This document shows, piece after piece, positions 62,611 to 64,000 of a stretch of 64,000 bases of DNA (position 1 is the stretch's first letter; each line of letters begins with the position of its first letter). The position numbers and the translations under genes were made by a program. This DNA comes from Cycas panzhihuaensis. Lineage: Eukaryota > Plantae > Cycadophyta. The stretch spans positions 246,953,741 to 247,017,740 of the forward strand of contig CM041465.1 in assembly GCA_023213395.1 (NCBI GenBank), written 5' to 3'. Below the pieces are notes generated by a model. The model worked only from the letters and a program-made list of their open reading frames with translations. It searched no databases and was not told the origin of the DNA.

Positions 62611-64000
62611 TATTTTGACACATAAACCTTGAGGAAGACAGAATACAGACTTGTATTGACCAGAGGAATGCAAGTACAGATTGTACAGAGGTACACACCA
62701 TGGAAAAAGATGGAAAATATGCAATATGGGTATGTATAATAGATACATATCCATTTACGTACCCTTTTGGGTATGCATTATAGGTTGTGTACCATTTTTA
62801 GTACGCTAGCAGACAATAAGGTACATATAGACATATCTCACCCAAAGGCACCCAGAAATGATGACATCATCCCAAAAGGATATATGTATGGATGTACAGA
62901 TCAGAAAAGACACCATTAAGGAGACTTAATCATTTGTAAAGTGAAAGTATAACTTGGTGAAAAAAAGGTATAGTTATGACTTTGGGTCATAACCTTTCAT
63001 CCAAAAGGCATCAAAGGGACATATTTAATGATGCTTTGAGGAGCATTCTGGTGTGAGAGCTGAGTGATTCAATCCTATGGTATACTCTCAAGGGGGAGAG
63101 CCAAGTATTCAAATACTCAATGATACAGAAGCTAGTACTTATGACAGCAGCACAGAGCTGTATATAATGATGTGTACCTTCTAGGTACACATGTGATAGC
63201 AGTAGTTTATGTGGTTGGAATGCACAAGGAATGCATTCCAACACCTTGTGTACAAAGACTTATTGCTTAATAAAAGAAGAGTTACGTGGAAATGTTGATT
63301 CTATGTGTTTTATAAAGATTGGATGTTGAATATGTGTTGATTACTGTATTGTTGTGTGTAAACTGTGACATAATTATGTGGAATTATTAATAAGTCTGTG
63401 TGATCTATTTGGATGAATATGTTGATTGTATCATAGACTAGACTACTTGTGTTACCTTAACAAGTGTACCTATCTCACGAGTGTTGTGAGATACCCAAAG
63501 TCAACATTGGTTATGTTGCCTCCGTCCACTGAGGAGGGACTAGGGCCAAGAGTTTCACAAGGGGGAAAATATGCAAAGGACAAAGGACCCTGGCTGTTGT
63601 CATGATGGCATGTTGTAACTAAGCCTTTGGCATCTAGGGGACCTTTCAATGCCACCTAAGAGGCCTTCAAAGGTGGGAGAGCCACAAAAGGATACTTCAC
63701 CTAAGGGGAAAGAAACAAGTAGACAGAGAGCATTATGAATCAAAAGAGTCAAAAGTGAGAAGAGCAAGAAGACTAAGCTCACATAATAATAAGACTAAGG
63801 GATAGTCCATTGAAGAATCTGAGGCAAGTGGAGCCCAGACACCTTAGGAGCAAGGAGAGGGAAATAATGGCAAATGAATAGTATTAACACTAGCCCTAAT
63901 CAAGCATGACCTATTTAGCCCAGAAAGGGAAGAAAAACCAAAAGTGAATGAGGAACATAAAGACACCCTAAGGAAGGAGGATAATATACCTATGGAAGAT
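62611..64000 (+). mobile_element. Probable 5' LTR (~62611-63462) and leader of another LTR element running off the window
   Basis: Abrupt junction with the preceding LTR fragment; TATA-like tgtatataat ~63159, aataaa ~63269 followed by a GT-rich tract, ends ttaaca; purine-rich leader follows. No partner LTR or clear PBS. Confidence 0.45.

Overview
This is AT-rich, gene-free plant heterochromatin made almost entirely of nested, decayed retroelements. No intact host gene, RNA gene or CRISPR array was seen. Order along the window: (1) 3' part of an L1-type LINE with RNase H (1-2865). (2) A short, decayed minus-strand LTR element (3000-7018). (3) A very large Tat-type Ty3/gypsy element, here 'Tat-1' (~7060-53925, + strand, ~3 kb LTRs), hosting four later insertions: a chromovirus (7330-14153, TSD TCTTA), a ~2.8 kb chimeric insert (14392-17209), a Ty1/copia element (28097-34601, TSD TGGTA) and a younger non-autonomous Tat element, 'Tat-2' (35914-50434, TSD GTATC). 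(4) An older minus-strand chromovirus (~53950-58100). (5) Further LTR fragments. The most striking feature is the chimeric insert: a head-to-tail mosaic of uninterrupted coding fragments of four unrelated host genes (LCAT3-type phospholipase A1, plastid/mitochondrial MDAR, a circularly permuted eEF1B piece, and an axonemal inner-arm dynein heavy chain). It is joined through a 30-bp copy of the local flank to a one-LTR retroelement remnant. The dynein points to a host with flagellated sperm (cycad/Ginkgo-like; inference). Both Tat elements carry a post-integrase archaeal-type RNase H module and an antisense, apparently intron-containing Plant Mobile Domain module, in opposite order and delimited by a shared junction motif. 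All calls come from manual reading and remembered protein motifs; no database search was run, and coordinates of decayed domains are approximate.
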